Shown: one piece after another, positions 1-9,162 of the stretch
How positions within the stretch are numbered: position 1 is the first letter of the stretch
Layout: the number at the start of each line of letters is the position of its first letter
DNA from: an uncultured Pseudomonadota bacterium
GTDB lineage: Bacteria > Babelota > Babeliae > Babelales > RVW-14
Length of the DNA: 64,000 nt
Direction of reading: 5' to 3'
NCBI GenBank assembly: GCA_964446935.1
Contig: CAYUQI010000002.1
Span: 194-64,193, forward strand
Notes under the pieces: model-generated
What the model was told of the DNA's origin: nothing
The model's database searches: none
Seen by the model: the letters and a program-made list of their open reading frames with translations, nothing else
Made by a program: the position numbers and the translations under genes

Positions 1-1244
1 GAAACTATGGAGCTGGTACTGTTATGATTTGGGATTATGGGACATATCGCAATATCAAAACGAAAGATGACAAACCAGTCCCAATGCATCAATGTTATAG
101 AAATGGACGCATTGAGGTATGGATGAAGGGTAAAAAGTTACAAGGTGGGTATGCCCTTATTCGAACCAAGCTTGGCGCAGGTAAGCAGTGGTTGTTGTTA
201 AAAATGAATGATGAGCATGCGGTTCTTTCCGGTAAGCAGTTTCCTCATGAGCATGCGTCAGCAAAAACCGGCCGTACCATGGAACAAATTACCAAGGAGG
301 AGGGGGACCCGAGTATGAAGAAGGTATCTAAAAAAATAGAAAAAACTATAACCCTTAATCGTCGAACGATACAACTGACCAATACTGAGAAAGTATTATT
401 TCCTGCGACCAAGATTACCAAGGGTCAACTGATAGATTATTATGTTTGCATTGCTACGTACATGCTTCCTTATGTGAAAAATCGTGCTGTAACGATGCAT
501 CGTTTTCCTGATGGTATTCGGGATGAGGGGTTTTATCAAAAGGATATTTCAGAGTATTTCCCTTCATGGATTAAGCGTGTTGTTATTCCTAAAGAAGGTG
601 GCAAAAATACCTACGTTGTTTGTAATAATGCAGCAACATTGGCATACCTTGCCAATCAGGCATGCATTACGCTACATATTTGGTTGAGTCGAATTGATAA
701 GCTTGATTATCCCGATCGCATGATTTTTGATTTGGATCCGGGGAACAGTGATTTTACATTGGTGCGCACAACAGCCCGTGAGTTGCATGATCTTTTGGAG
801 GGTCTTGGATTGAGGTCTTTTGTTATGACAACAGGCTCTCGCGGGGTTCATGTTGTTGTTCCATTAGACCGACGTGCGACATTTGATGAGGTTCGTGTAT
901 TTGCGCGGACTATTTCTGATTATCTAGCACAAAAAAAACCAAAGCAATTGACGACAGAAGCGCGACTCAATAAGCGACGTAGTCGATTATACATTGATGC
1001 TAGTCGCAATGCATTTGCGCAGACGGGTGTTGCTCCTTATTCGGTGAGGGCAAAAGAAGGAGCCTCTGTTGCGACACCTTTGGCATGGGATGAATTAGAT
1101 AAAATCAAAACAGCGCAATGCTTTACCATCAAAAGTGTTTTTAAACGGCTTGAAGAAATCGATGATCCATGGCAGGGATTCATCACGTGCAAGCAATCAC
1201 TCAAAAAAGCACAGCGAATATTTGAACGAATTAAAAATACATAA
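1..1244 (+). CDS. ligD: LigD-type NHEJ protein: C-terminal part of the 3'-phosphoesterase domain plus primase-polymerase domain; 5' end off-window
   Basis: The frame is open from nt 3 (..NYGAGTVMIWDYGTY.., a PE-domain motif; ..GKQWLLLKMNDE..). It continues with LTNTEKVLFP..ITKGQLIDYY..MHRFPDGI..FYQKD, typical of the LigD Pol domain. Stop at 1242-1244. Confidence 0.85.
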   Translation, partial: NYGAGTVMIWDYGTYRNIKTKDDKPVPMHQCYRNGRIEVWMKGKKLQGGYALIRTKLGAGKQWLLLKMNDEHAVLSGKQFPHEHASAKTGRTMEQITKEEGDPSMKKVSKKIEKTITLNRRTIQLTNTEKVLFPATKITKGQLIDYYVCIATYMLPYVKNRAVTMHRFPDGIRDEGFYQKDISEYFPSWIKRVVIPKEGGKNTYVVCNNAATLAYLANQACITLHIWLSRIDKLDYPDRMIFDLDPGNSDFTLVRTTARELHDLLEGLGLRSFVMTTGSRGVHVVVPLDRRATFDEVRVFARTISDYLAQKKPKQLTTEARLNKRRSRLYIDASRNAFAQTGVAPYSVRAKEGASVATPLAWDELDKIKTAQCFTIKSVFKRLEEIDDPWQGFITCKQSLKKAQRIFERIKNT

Positions 1245-1277
1245 GGATAAGCCTTGACATTGATGACTATTCTATGT

Positions 1278-1317
1278 ATCGTTTCCCCGGAAAAATATAT
1301 TTTTCCGGGGAAACGAT
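1278..1317 (+). terminator. perfect 40-bp palindrome downstream of ligD (terminator-like hairpin)
   Basis: atcgtttccccggaaaaata/tatttttccggggaaacgat is exactly self-complementary. There is no long T-run after it. Confidence 0.5.
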
Positions 1318-1347
1318 GTTAATCACTCATTGCGAGGAGGCCTATCT

Positions 1348-1809
1348 ATGTTTTTGTTAAAAAAAGTTGTTATGTTTTTACCTGTTGTACTTTCTGTTTC
1401 ATTGGGCATGTGTGCAGAGAAAAAAAATGAAAGTGAAAAAGAGCGTGTACGAAAATGTAGACAGTTTTTTGCCGGTAATTTCAGCAAAAAGAATTATGAT
1501 CAGATAGTCGAGAAAATGCAAAATGGCGAACTTGATCTTAGTGGAGAAACTGCAGAAACCTTAGCTCGGATAACACAACAAATAGTTGCATCGTCATCAT
1601 TGTTTCAAGGGGTAACTGTTGTTCATTTAGAATGTTGTGGTCTAACAAAAGTTCCAGACTTTGTTTATCATCTTCCAAAACTTAAGAAGTTATATCTTAA
1701 CGAAAATAATTTATCGGATGAAGAAAGGAACTATGTGAATACACAGCTTGCTAGAAAAAAAGTGAAAATAGTTTTTCAAGATTCAAAGAATGTAGATACA
1801 AAGCAATAA
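1348..1809 (+). CDS. small exported protein with a leucine-rich-repeat-like segment
   Basis: AGGAGG lies 9 nt upstream of ATG 1348. Signal-peptide-like N-terminus MFLLKKVVMFLPVVLSVSLGMCA. LRR-like LECCGLTKVPDFVYHLPKLKKLYLNENNLS. Confidence 0.45.
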   Translation: MFLLKKVVMFLPVVLSVSLGMCAEKKNESEKERVRKCRQFFAGNFSKKNYDQIVEKMQNGELDLSGETAETLARITQQIVASSSLFQGVTVVHLECCGLTKVPDFVYHLPKLKKLYLNENNLSDEERNYVNTQLARKKVKIVFQDSKNVDTKQ

Positions 1810-1848
1810 AAAATAATTTAGTTGCAAAATTCTATTCCTTCGTTATTG

Positions 1849-1880
1849 TAGGTACCAAATTTTTGGTACCTATCTTTTTT
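1849..1880 (+). terminator. rho-independent terminator
   Basis: taggtaccaaa/tttggtaccta stem followed by a T6 run. Confidence 0.7.
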
Positions 1881-1899
1881 ATGATGAAAGGAATGTAGC

Positions 1900-2844
1900 G
1901 TGATAATGTCTCGTTTGTCTACCATGAAGAAATGTATGAAGGTATTGTTAGTGACAGGTATTCTTGCCTATGGAAGCAAGCCTTTTGTTTGGGCTGGCAA
2001 GAAGGGATGTTGTTCATGGAGAAGTAAGGAAAATCCGATTGGGGAATTTTGTGCAACATCTGCTCGTGTATCTCGTAAAATCGCTGAAAATATTGTTAAA
2101 GAAGCTAAAAGTAGCAAATTGCTGAATCCTGCAGACACGCTGAGAACTCTTGAAATAGGCGCCGGTGATGGGGCCATGACGGTGGAATTATTTCGTTTGC
2201 TGGAGAGGGAAAAAGCTGCAAGAACTGTTGGCAGTGTCACTGGTGAAGTCATTGAGGGAAATCCTAGTGATTTTACAAAATTAATTAAAAATTTCACAAA
2301 AAACTATCAGGAGTTTGCGACCGAAGAAGAAGTTACTATTGATTACAGCGATCCAAAGTGTGTATTGATTAATGGAATTGCTTTCCATGAAGCATGGTTT
2401 AATAGCAAATGGCAATCGAAAAATAATGTCGCTCAATATGATATTGTTTTGTATTCATTACCGAATACCATATTAACTGAGAATGACCTCAAAGATATTT
2501 TACCAGAAGTGCATAAACTGTTAAAACCAGGTGGTCTGTTTATTTATGTATTCAATTGGGGTGCTCGTGGGTGGTTTGAAAAATGGCTCACGTTGAAGGT
2601 GCGGTGGGTGAAGACGTGTGCTTTTTTGGGTGGATGGATACCTACTAAATTAATTCCTGCTCGATTATCGCAGTGGGCAAAGAGTCTTGATACGAGGATT
2701 CCAAAAGAACGCAAAGAATATTATGACAAGATGCAATACTTTGACACATTTATTCAAAACAACTTTACCCCTGTTTTTGCAGATACATTCTTCAATCCGC
2801 CGGCACCACAACCTATGAGAATCTTTATTGTGAAGAAGAAATAG
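1900..2844 (+). CDS. class I SAM-dependent methyltransferase-like protein with N-terminal signal/anchor
   Basis: Motif I-like LEIGAGDGAMTVELF, later YDIVLYSLP and LKPGGLFIY. Hydrophobic N-terminus MKKCMKVLLVTGILAYG. Start uncertain (GTG 1900, ATG 1906 or ATG 1924). Confidence 0.6.
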   Translation: MIMSRLSTMKKCMKVLLVTGILAYGSKPFVWAGKKGCCSWRSKENPIGEFCATSARVSRKIAENIVKEAKSSKLLNPADTLRTLEIGAGDGAMTVELFRLLEREKAARTVGSVTGEVIEGNPSDFTKLIKNFTKNYQEFATEEEVTIDYSDPKCVLINGIAFHEAWFNSKWQSKNNVAQYDIVLYSLPNTILTENDLKDILPEVHKLLKPGGLFIYVFNWGARGWFEKWLTLKVRWVKTCAFLGGWIPTKLIPARLSQWAKSLDTRIPKERKEYYDKMQYFDTFIQNNFTPVFADTFFNPPAPQPMRIFIVKKK

Positions 2845-2846
2845 CG

Positions 2847-3368
2847 CTATTTTATCATTCGATCTGCAAAAAAGAATTTAATTTCACGCTGTGCCGCGTC
2901 TGTACTATCGGATCCGTGCACAGCGTTTTTTGTTATATCCGTGCCAAATAATTTTCTAATGGTTCCTTCGGTTGCTTTAGCAGGATCGGTGGCGCCCATC
3001 AGTTTACGCCATTCGGGGATAGCATTTAATTTTTCAATAATCATTACAACGATGGGGCCACTGGACATATAATCGACCAATTGATTAAAGAAAGGTTTGC
3101 CTTTATGCATTTCATAGAATTTTTCAGCATGTTCTCGTTCAAGGGTAACCTTGCGTAGATCAGTGACGGTAAAACCTTCTTGTTCAATACGATCAATAAT
3201 TTTACCGGTATAGTGCGCACTGACGGCGTCAGGTTTAATGATGGCCAAGGTGCGTTCAATTGTGTTGGATGGCATGTAGCGTTTTGAATACCAACGATAG
3301 CCGATGAAGGCTACTATCAAAAGAAGACAGGTTCCGAGTAAGGCAACGAACGAATTAATCTTTTTCAT
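2847..3368 (-). CDS. ndk: nucleoside diphosphate kinase with N-terminal hydrophobic anchor
   Basis: ERTLAIIKPDAV..GPIVVMIIE..ATEGTIR..NAVHGSDS is the canonical NDK core. It is preceded by MKKINSFVALLGTCLLLIVAFIGY. Confidence 0.9.
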   Translation of the reverse strand: MKKINSFVALLGTCLLLIVAFIGYRWYSKRYMPSNTIERTLAIIKPDAVSAHYTGKIIDRIEQEGFTVTDLRKVTLEREHAEKFYEMHKGKPFFNQLVDYMSSGPIVVMIIEKLNAIPEWRKLMGATDPAKATEGTIRKLFGTDITKNAVHGSDSTDAAQREIKFFFADRMIK

Positions 3369-3384
3369 AAAATTCCTCTAAACT

Positions 3385-3419
3385 AAAAAAAGTGACCCGC
3401 GAGTTTAAAACGGATCACT
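3385..3419 (-). terminator. hairpin plus U7 on the minus strand between the small basic gene and ndk (terminator or attenuator)
   Basis: Minus-strand AGUGAUCCG..CGGGUCACU stem (one U-G pair) followed by UUUUUUU. It lies only ~16 nt before the ndk start. Confidence 0.6.
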
Positions 3420-3443
3420 TTTTTAATTCTTGTGCAAAGAATA

Positions 3444-3620
3444 TTATTTGCCGAAAATAACGCGCATTTTCATTCTGCGTGTTGTTTTCTTCGAAGCTTT
3501 CTTAGCAACTTTCTTGGCTTTCTTTGCCGGTTTTGCTTTCTTAGCTTTCTTGGCTTTCTTGCCTTTTTTGGCAACCTTTTTCTTGGCTACCTTCTTTGCT
3601 GCTTTTTTCTTCTTTGCCAT
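3444..3620 (-). CDS. 58-aa Lys/Ala-rich basic protein, histone H1/Hc-like (not in the ORF track)
   Basis: Hand translation: MAKKKKAAKKVAKKKVAKKGKKAKKAKKAKPAKKAKKVAKKASKKTTRRMKMRVIFGK*. AGGAG Shine-Dalgarno within GAGAAAGGAGCC upstream of ATG (3620). The + strand track ORFs 3430-3705 and 3432-3641 are its antisense shadows. Confidence 0.65.
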   Translation of the reverse strand: MAKKKKAAKKVAKKKVAKKGKKAKKAKKAKPAKKAKKVAKKASKKTTRRMKMRVIFGK

Positions 3621-3680
3621 GTTAGTGGCTCCTTTCTCTAAGGGGTTTCTCCTTTTTACAACGACGACTCATCTCGAGAT

Positions 3681-6329
3681 TTACTCTTTCTTTCTCCCTA
3701 TTTGAATGACGGAAATGAAATCTTTTTTGCAAAGACGCTTTGCTATTTCATTAACATCACTAATACTTATTATAGACAATAATTCTCCCTGTTTGTCAAA
3801 TAAATTAAAACTAAGCCCAAGTTTTTTAAGAAAAAGAAATGTTTGAGCAATTTGGGCATTGCTTTCAAAGAGTTCCACTGAAGCAGCAAAGAGCGAGTTT
3901 TTTGCTAAATCCAATTCTTCTTGGCTGATGCCAAAGTGTCCGACATCATCAATGGTTTCCAGGATAAGTTGCTTTGCTTGTTCTGCCTTGTCATTGGTAA
4001 CTATGGTCTTAATAAATGCCATGCCAGGTTCTTCACGTGAGCCATACACGAGTGATCCACCTATGGTATAAAACAGCCCACTTTTTTCTCTAAGCTGAAA
4101 AAGTCGTGATGATGGTGTTGTTTGAACACCACCGGTGACAATGGTGTCAAGCAAGGCAAGCGCGTTATATTCAGGGCTTTTGCGTGAAATTGATGGCGCA
4201 ACAAAACCTAAAACAACTTGGTCTCGGTCAAGCGCGAGTGACATCTGTCCGGGGGTGTATGGTTGTAGTGGTGGATAGGTTAGATCTTGAACGGTTGGGC
4301 CTTCCCATGAAGAAAAATATTTGGTGGTTAAGGCTTGAAGATCGATATCCGTTAGGTCCCCAACAACGATGAGATTTGCCTGATATGGTGAGATAAACTG
4401 CTTATATGCGTTTTCTAAATCTTTTTTCTTAATTAATTTAATACTCTCTTTAGTTCCGAGTGGATTTTTATGGTACGGATGTTTTTGATAAATGTATTCT
4501 TTGGCAATTTGATCAAGGAAGTCAATTGGTGAATCCCAGAGTTCATCAAGTTCACTTAGAATTTGATGTTGTGCTTTTTGAATGGAATGTTTATCAAAAG
4601 ATGGTTTTTTAATAATGGTTGCAAGAACCTTGAGCGATTTTTCAAAGTCATTATTCATACAACGGAAGGCAATGTTATCGGTGCCGGCTCCCAAATAGAT
4701 TCCTTGCGATTCAAGGAGCTTGGCAAATTCATCAGAATCATGTTCCTGGGTTCGGTCGGTAATGGTTCGGAGCAAGAATCCAAAAAGTCCCAGGTGCTTT
4801 TCTGGCTCATATAAATAATTAGCTTTAAAAGTTAATACGCTAATGATTTGAGGGACCGTTGGATTGTTATGGTAAATAACTTCAAGGCCGTTTGGAAGCG
4901 TAAACGTTTGTGGTTTAGGGAATGAAAAATTACTCAAAGGGGGTTGGTTAATGCGGAGAGCCCATTGAGGTTGTTGCACCGGCTCGGTACGTTGATGTTG
5001 TTGAAGAAGATTGTTTTCGAATGATTCTGTTTCAAGATGTAAGGATATAAGCTTTTTAAGATCTTGTGCCGATGCTGGTAATAAATAACCTTTATGCAAG
5101 ACCGTAGGGCTAAAATGTTCTCCGAAAAATTCTTGAAGCTGCTTTTTCGTTGTTTGTGCAATCGCGTCTAAATAATTTTCAATGAACGATTCATTGTGTG
5201 TTGCTAAATATGAATTACCAATGACAAACGCTTGTTTCTCGGTGCTTTCAAGTAATGATGAAAAATCAACCTGTGTTCGTTTTTTGGCGGCATCAAATTC
5301 CCATGTAAGTACTTGTTTTTTTGCTAAATGTTCAAATTCTTCAATAAGAATTTCTTCAATAATACCTGGGTTAGTGTTGTTAGCTGGCCATATGCCTAAC
5401 GTGAGTAACCCTTTTTCGAACAGGTCATAGACGGAACAGTCGATGTCAGAGGCAACCTTTTCTTTATTAACCAATCGCTGGTAGAGGCGAGAACTTTTTC
5501 CGACCGATAGAATAAGGCTTGCAATGTCTACCAAATGATTTTGCTGTTTTTGTAGCCCTGGAACTTTGTAGGTGTAACAGAACCAAGGGTTGCTTGTCAG
5601 ACGGTAGAGCATTGTTGTTCGAGCAACAAGATCATCCTGAAAGCAGAGGCGTCGTTTCGTGTAGTTGGTAGGTGATGGAATAGGGCCAAAATATTGTTCT
5701 GCAGTCTTGAAGACGTCGTCTGGGTTTACGTCCCCAACAACAACGAGTACCGCATTGGCCGGATGGTAATGTCGTTTGTAAAAAGCATAGAGGGCATCAC
5801 GAGACAGGCTTGCTAAATCATGAGCTGTACCAATAATGGGATTGCGGTAAGGATGTTCAGGAAATAATCCTGCTATTACCTGTTCAAATAATGCTCCTTG
5901 ATAATTTTCTCGATACAGGCGTATCTCTTCGATTACTGTTTTCAGTTCGGATGACAACATTTGAGGATTAAATGTTGCGTTTTGCATACACTCGGCAAGA
6001 AGTTCAAGTGCAACCTGCCATACATGGGATGGAAATCGAAACGTATAACAGGTATAATCTTGAGACGTAAAAGCGTTTGCATCGGCTGTTAGTTTTTGAC
6101 TAATGACATTGATATCGCTCTCAGAAAGATTTTTAGTTCCCTTAAAAAGCATGTGCTCAATCAGATGCGCCATGCCGCGTTCGTGATGTTCTTCATCTTT
6201 TGAGCCAACGTTATACCAAAGATGTGTTTCGATTCGTGGAACATGGTGAACTGGTTTGGTAAGAATGGTCAGTCCATTAGCGAGGACTTTTTTGTGAACT
6301 TTAAATGATGAGGAAGATACTGAAGACAT
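3681..6329 (-). CDS. M16-family zinc peptidase (double pitrilysin/insulinase-like unit)
   Basis: HxxEH motif (MAHLIEHMLFKGT). The 882-aa length fits two M16 active/inactive domain pairs. Confidence 0.85.
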   Translation of the reverse strand: MSSVSSSSFKVHKKVLANGLTILTKPVHHVPRIETHLWYNVGSKDEEHHERGMAHLIEHMLFKGTKNLSESDINVISQKLTADANAFTSQDYTCYTFRFPSHVWQVALELLAECMQNATFNPQMLSSELKTVIEEIRLYRENYQGALFEQVIAGLFPEHPYRNPIIGTAHDLASLSRDALYAFYKRHYHPANAVLVVVGDVNPDDVFKTAEQYFGPIPSPTNYTKRRLCFQDDLVARTTMLYRLTSNPWFCYTYKVPGLQKQQNHLVDIASLILSVGKSSRLYQRLVNKEKVASDIDCSVYDLFEKGLLTLGIWPANNTNPGIIEEILIEEFEHLAKKQVLTWEFDAAKKRTQVDFSSLLESTEKQAFVIGNSYLATHNESFIENYLDAIAQTTKKQLQEFFGEHFSPTVLHKGYLLPASAQDLKKLISLHLETESFENNLLQQHQRTEPVQQPQWALRINQPPLSNFSFPKPQTFTLPNGLEVIYHNNPTVPQIISVLTFKANYLYEPEKHLGLFGFLLRTITDRTQEHDSDEFAKLLESQGIYLGAGTDNIAFRCMNNDFEKSLKVLATIIKKPSFDKHSIQKAQHQILSELDELWDSPIDFLDQIAKEYIYQKHPYHKNPLGTKESIKLIKKKDLENAYKQFISPYQANLIVVGDLTDIDLQALTTKYFSSWEGPTVQDLTYPPLQPYTPGQMSLALDRDQVVLGFVAPSISRKSPEYNALALLDTIVTGGVQTTPSSRLFQLREKSGLFYTIGGSLVYGSREEPGMAFIKTIVTNDKAEQAKQLILETIDDVGHFGISQEELDLAKNSLFAASVELFESNAQIAQTFLFLKKLGLSFNLFDKQGELLSIISISDVNEIAKRLCKKDFISVIQIGRKKE

Positions 6330-6425
6330 TATTTCAAAACCCTTGTCCTTTTTTGCATTCGCGTTATTTTACAACGTAGAGAATTTTTATTGTATCAGCT
6401 TTTTTTAACATATCAAACTCATGCG

Positions 6426-7025
6426 ATGTTTATGAGATTGTTCAAGCCTATCATCAGAAAAATAAAAAAAGGGAGAATTTTAAGCTTTCTCTTTAAAAAT
6501 CTTTTGTATGCGACAATACGTTTTCTTTTTTGGACATATCGCTTGCGTATTGTACATGCACCGGGAATGAATAAATCATTGGAAGAGCACAAAGGGATTA
6601 TGTATTTTTGGCATCAACAAATTGTTAGTGGAATGTTTTTTTTCTTTAAACGACGAGCGCACGGCGCTTGCATTGTGAGCCCAAGTAGTGATGGGAAGTT
6701 TGCCGGTTTTATTTGCCAAAAACTTGGTTTTGATGTTATCTATGGTTCTTCATATAAATCATCAGTGTCGGTTGTACGAAAAGCTTTGGATGAGCTTACA
6801 ACAACAGGGCGCTTATGTTTGGTGGGGGATGGCTCTCGAGGTCCAGCATTTCAAGTGCAACCTGGGTTGTTGTATTTGGCAAAGAAGGCGCATGTTCCTT
6901 TGATCCATATAGAATGTAACCCACAGTGGGCTTTTACATTTAAAAAAAGTTGGGATCAATTTAAGTTTCCACTTCCTTTTAGTAAAATCATCATCACTAT
7001 TCATGAGCCGGTGAATATACCATAG
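6426..7025 (+). CDS. DUF374-family protein (lysophospholipid acyltransferase-like)
   Basis: YFWHQQI..SPSSDGKFAGFICQKLGFDVIYGSS..GDGSRGPAFQVQPGLLYLAKKAHVPLI matches the DUF374 pattern. The track start is TTG 6390; ATG 6426 is more likely. Confidence 0.75.
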   Translation: MFMRLFKPIIRKIKKGRILSFLFKNLLYATIRFLFWTYRLRIVHAPGMNKSLEEHKGIMYFWHQQIVSGMFFFFKRRAHGACIVSPSSDGKFAGFICQKLGFDVIYGSSYKSSVSVVRKALDELTTTGRLCLVGDGSRGPAFQVQPGLLYLAKKAHVPLIHIECNPQWAFTFKKSWDQFKFPLPFSKIIITIHEPVNIP

Positions 7026-7031
7026 GAATAT

Positions 7032-9011
7032 ATGTTTGCACGCGTGGTGTTGCTTAATGGTTTTGAGAAGTCTTTGTGGTATAAGGTTACTGACCAAGCA
7101 TTATCAGATAAGATTATTCCCGGGGCCATTGTTCGTGTTCCGCTGCAACGTCGCTATGAAAGTGCTATTGTTCTTCAGTGTGCTTGCGTATTGCCCGATG
7201 ATGTTACGTTTACTATCAAAAATATTCATGGACTTGAACCGTTTCCACAAGATTCTTTATATGGCAGTTTTATTCAAAAGGTCTCAGATTTTTATTTGCT
7301 AAGACCACTTTATTTTTATCAACGTATTCGACATTTTTTAAAAGAACATCACGCAAGTGATGAGGTGATTGTCCATTCTGATGCTAAGAGCTCTGGACTT
7401 GTTACATTGACCGATGAGCAGCAATCCGTGGTTGATTATGTAATGCCACGGATTAATCAATCAGCATACACTCCAACGTTGGTTCATGGGGTAACGGGCT
7501 CAGGTAAAACCGAAGTGTATAAGTATCTTATTCGCTCTGCCATTGCCCAAAACAAAAGTGTTATCTTGATGTTTCCTGAGGTTACCTTGGCGTTGCAGTT
7601 TGAGCATCTTTTGCGTCAGCAACTTGGTGATGTGAGTATTTTTGGGTTTCATTCAGCGAGCAAAATTACCGAAAAACGATTGCTGTGGGACAAGCTTGTC
7701 CGCGGAGATCCTATGTTGATTGTGGGAGTGCATTTACCCATTATGCTACCTATCCAATCATTAGGGCTTATTATTGTTGATGAAGAGCACGAACAGGGTT
7801 TTGTTGAAAAAAAGCATCCAAAACTGAACAGTAAAGAAATTGCCCTCTGGCGTGCAGCGCATTATAACATTCCTATTGTACTTGGATCAGCAACCCCATC
7901 AATTAATTCCTTATACAATGCACAGCGTTATGGGTGGAAGACGTTCTCAATTACTAAGCGCTTTGCAGGGGGTTTTCCTACGATACGTAAAGTGTTGTTG
8001 ACAACTACAGGGACAAAACGAAGAAACGCTTTTTGGATTAGTCAGGAACTAGAGTTGGCAATACGTGACCGATTAAGTCGGCGAGAGCAGATTATTATTT
8101 TTCTTAATCGTCGTGGATATAGTTTTTTTGTTCAATGTCGTGAATGCGGTTTTATTTTTCAGTGTCCTGATTGCTCAGTAAGTTTGACATTGCATCTGAC
8201 ACCACGGCAATTGTTGCGATGCCATTATTGTGATCATACTAAGGAAATGCCACGGCAATGTCCAACGTGCTCTGCGCCAGAAAAATCATTGCTTAAAAAA
8301 GGAATTGGAACGCAACAGGTGGTAGAAATTTTACAAGAGCTCTTCCCTGCTGCGGTCATTGAGCGAGCCGACTTGGATTCAACGATTAAAAAACGTACCT
8401 GGCAAACGACGGTTGCATTATTTCAAGAAGGCAAGATTGATATTCTTGTCGGGACGCAAACGATTACTAAAGGGTATCACTTTCCCAATGTTACATTGGT
8501 TGGGGTTTTGTGGGCTGATTTAAATGTGCATTTTCCCGTGTACAATGCAACTGAAACGACCTTGCAGCAGCTTCTGCAGGTAGCAGGGCGTGCGGGCAGA
8601 CAATGCAAGGGGGGCCTGGTAATTGTTCAAGCAATGCGCGATCATGAAATATTTGAGTACCTTAATGAGCAACAGTACCTTGCCTTTTGTCAGCAAGAAA
8701 TGAAGATGCGGCAAGAGAGTTTTTATCCACCATACAGTAGGCTTGCATGTATTGAGCTTAAGCATTCAGATCCTTCATGTATTGATCAAGATGCTGATGC
8801 GTTAGCACAACGGCTTCGTGAAATTAATGAGCAGCAAGAACTAGGAGTTCACGTTTTAGGCCCCGCATATCCACTAATTTCGCGCATTCAAAAATATGAA
8901 ATCAGGCACATTGTTTTAAAAGCAGCAACGTTTAAGGCAATCCATCATCTATTGGCTGATGTTATAGAGCGTCCGATGGAAAGCATGATTTCTGTGATTT
9001 TGGGGCAATGA
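7032..9011 (+). CDS. priA: primosomal protein N' (replication restart helicase)
   Basis: Walker A GVTGSGKTEVY, DEEH box, and Cys-rich zinc region CRECGFIFQCPDCSVSLTLH..CHYCDH..CPTCSA. Confidence 0.9.
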   Translation: MFARVVLLNGFEKSLWYKVTDQALSDKIIPGAIVRVPLQRRYESAIVLQCACVLPDDVTFTIKNIHGLEPFPQDSLYGSFIQKVSDFYLLRPLYFYQRIRHFLKEHHASDEVIVHSDAKSSGLVTLTDEQQSVVDYVMPRINQSAYTPTLVHGVTGSGKTEVYKYLIRSAIAQNKSVILMFPEVTLALQFEHLLRQQLGDVSIFGFHSASKITEKRLLWDKLVRGDPMLIVGVHLPIMLPIQSLGLIIVDEEHEQGFVEKKHPKLNSKEIALWRAAHYNIPIVLGSATPSINSLYNAQRYGWKTFSITKRFAGGFPTIRKVLLTTTGTKRRNAFWISQELELAIRDRLSRREQIIIFLNRRGYSFFVQCRECGFIFQCPDCSVSLTLHLTPRQLLRCHYCDHTKEMPRQCPTCSAPEKSLLKKGIGTQQVVEILQELFPAAVIERADLDSTIKKRTWQTTVALFQEGKIDILVGTQTITKGYHFPNVTLVGVLWADLNVHFPVYNATETTLQQLLQVAGRAGRQCKGGLVIVQAMRDHEIFEYLNEQQYLAFCQQEMKMRQESFYPPYSRLACIELKHSDPSCIDQDADALAQRLREINEQQELGVHVLGPAYPLISRIQKYEIRHIVLKAATFKAIHHLLADVIERPMESMISVILGQ

Positions 9012-9162
9012 ATTTTTGATATCCATAAATATATTGATTTTGCTGTAATTGATAGGCTTTTTGCCATTGTTTTATTTTGAATTACTATAATTGAAGTTCG
9101 ATAAAATGGAATGATGATTGAAGCAATTTGGGGCTTGTAATTCAAAATGTGAAGTTGTTGTT

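Noticed and set aside
3430-3705. Track ORFs 3430-3705 and 3432-3641 (+), Phe/Leu/Ala-rich 'membrane-like' peptides
   Set aside because: They are the antisense reading of the AAG/GCN-rich Lys/Ala gene at 3444-3620 (-). That gene has a proper SD, start, stop and terminator, while the + ORFs use a TTG start or lack an SD.
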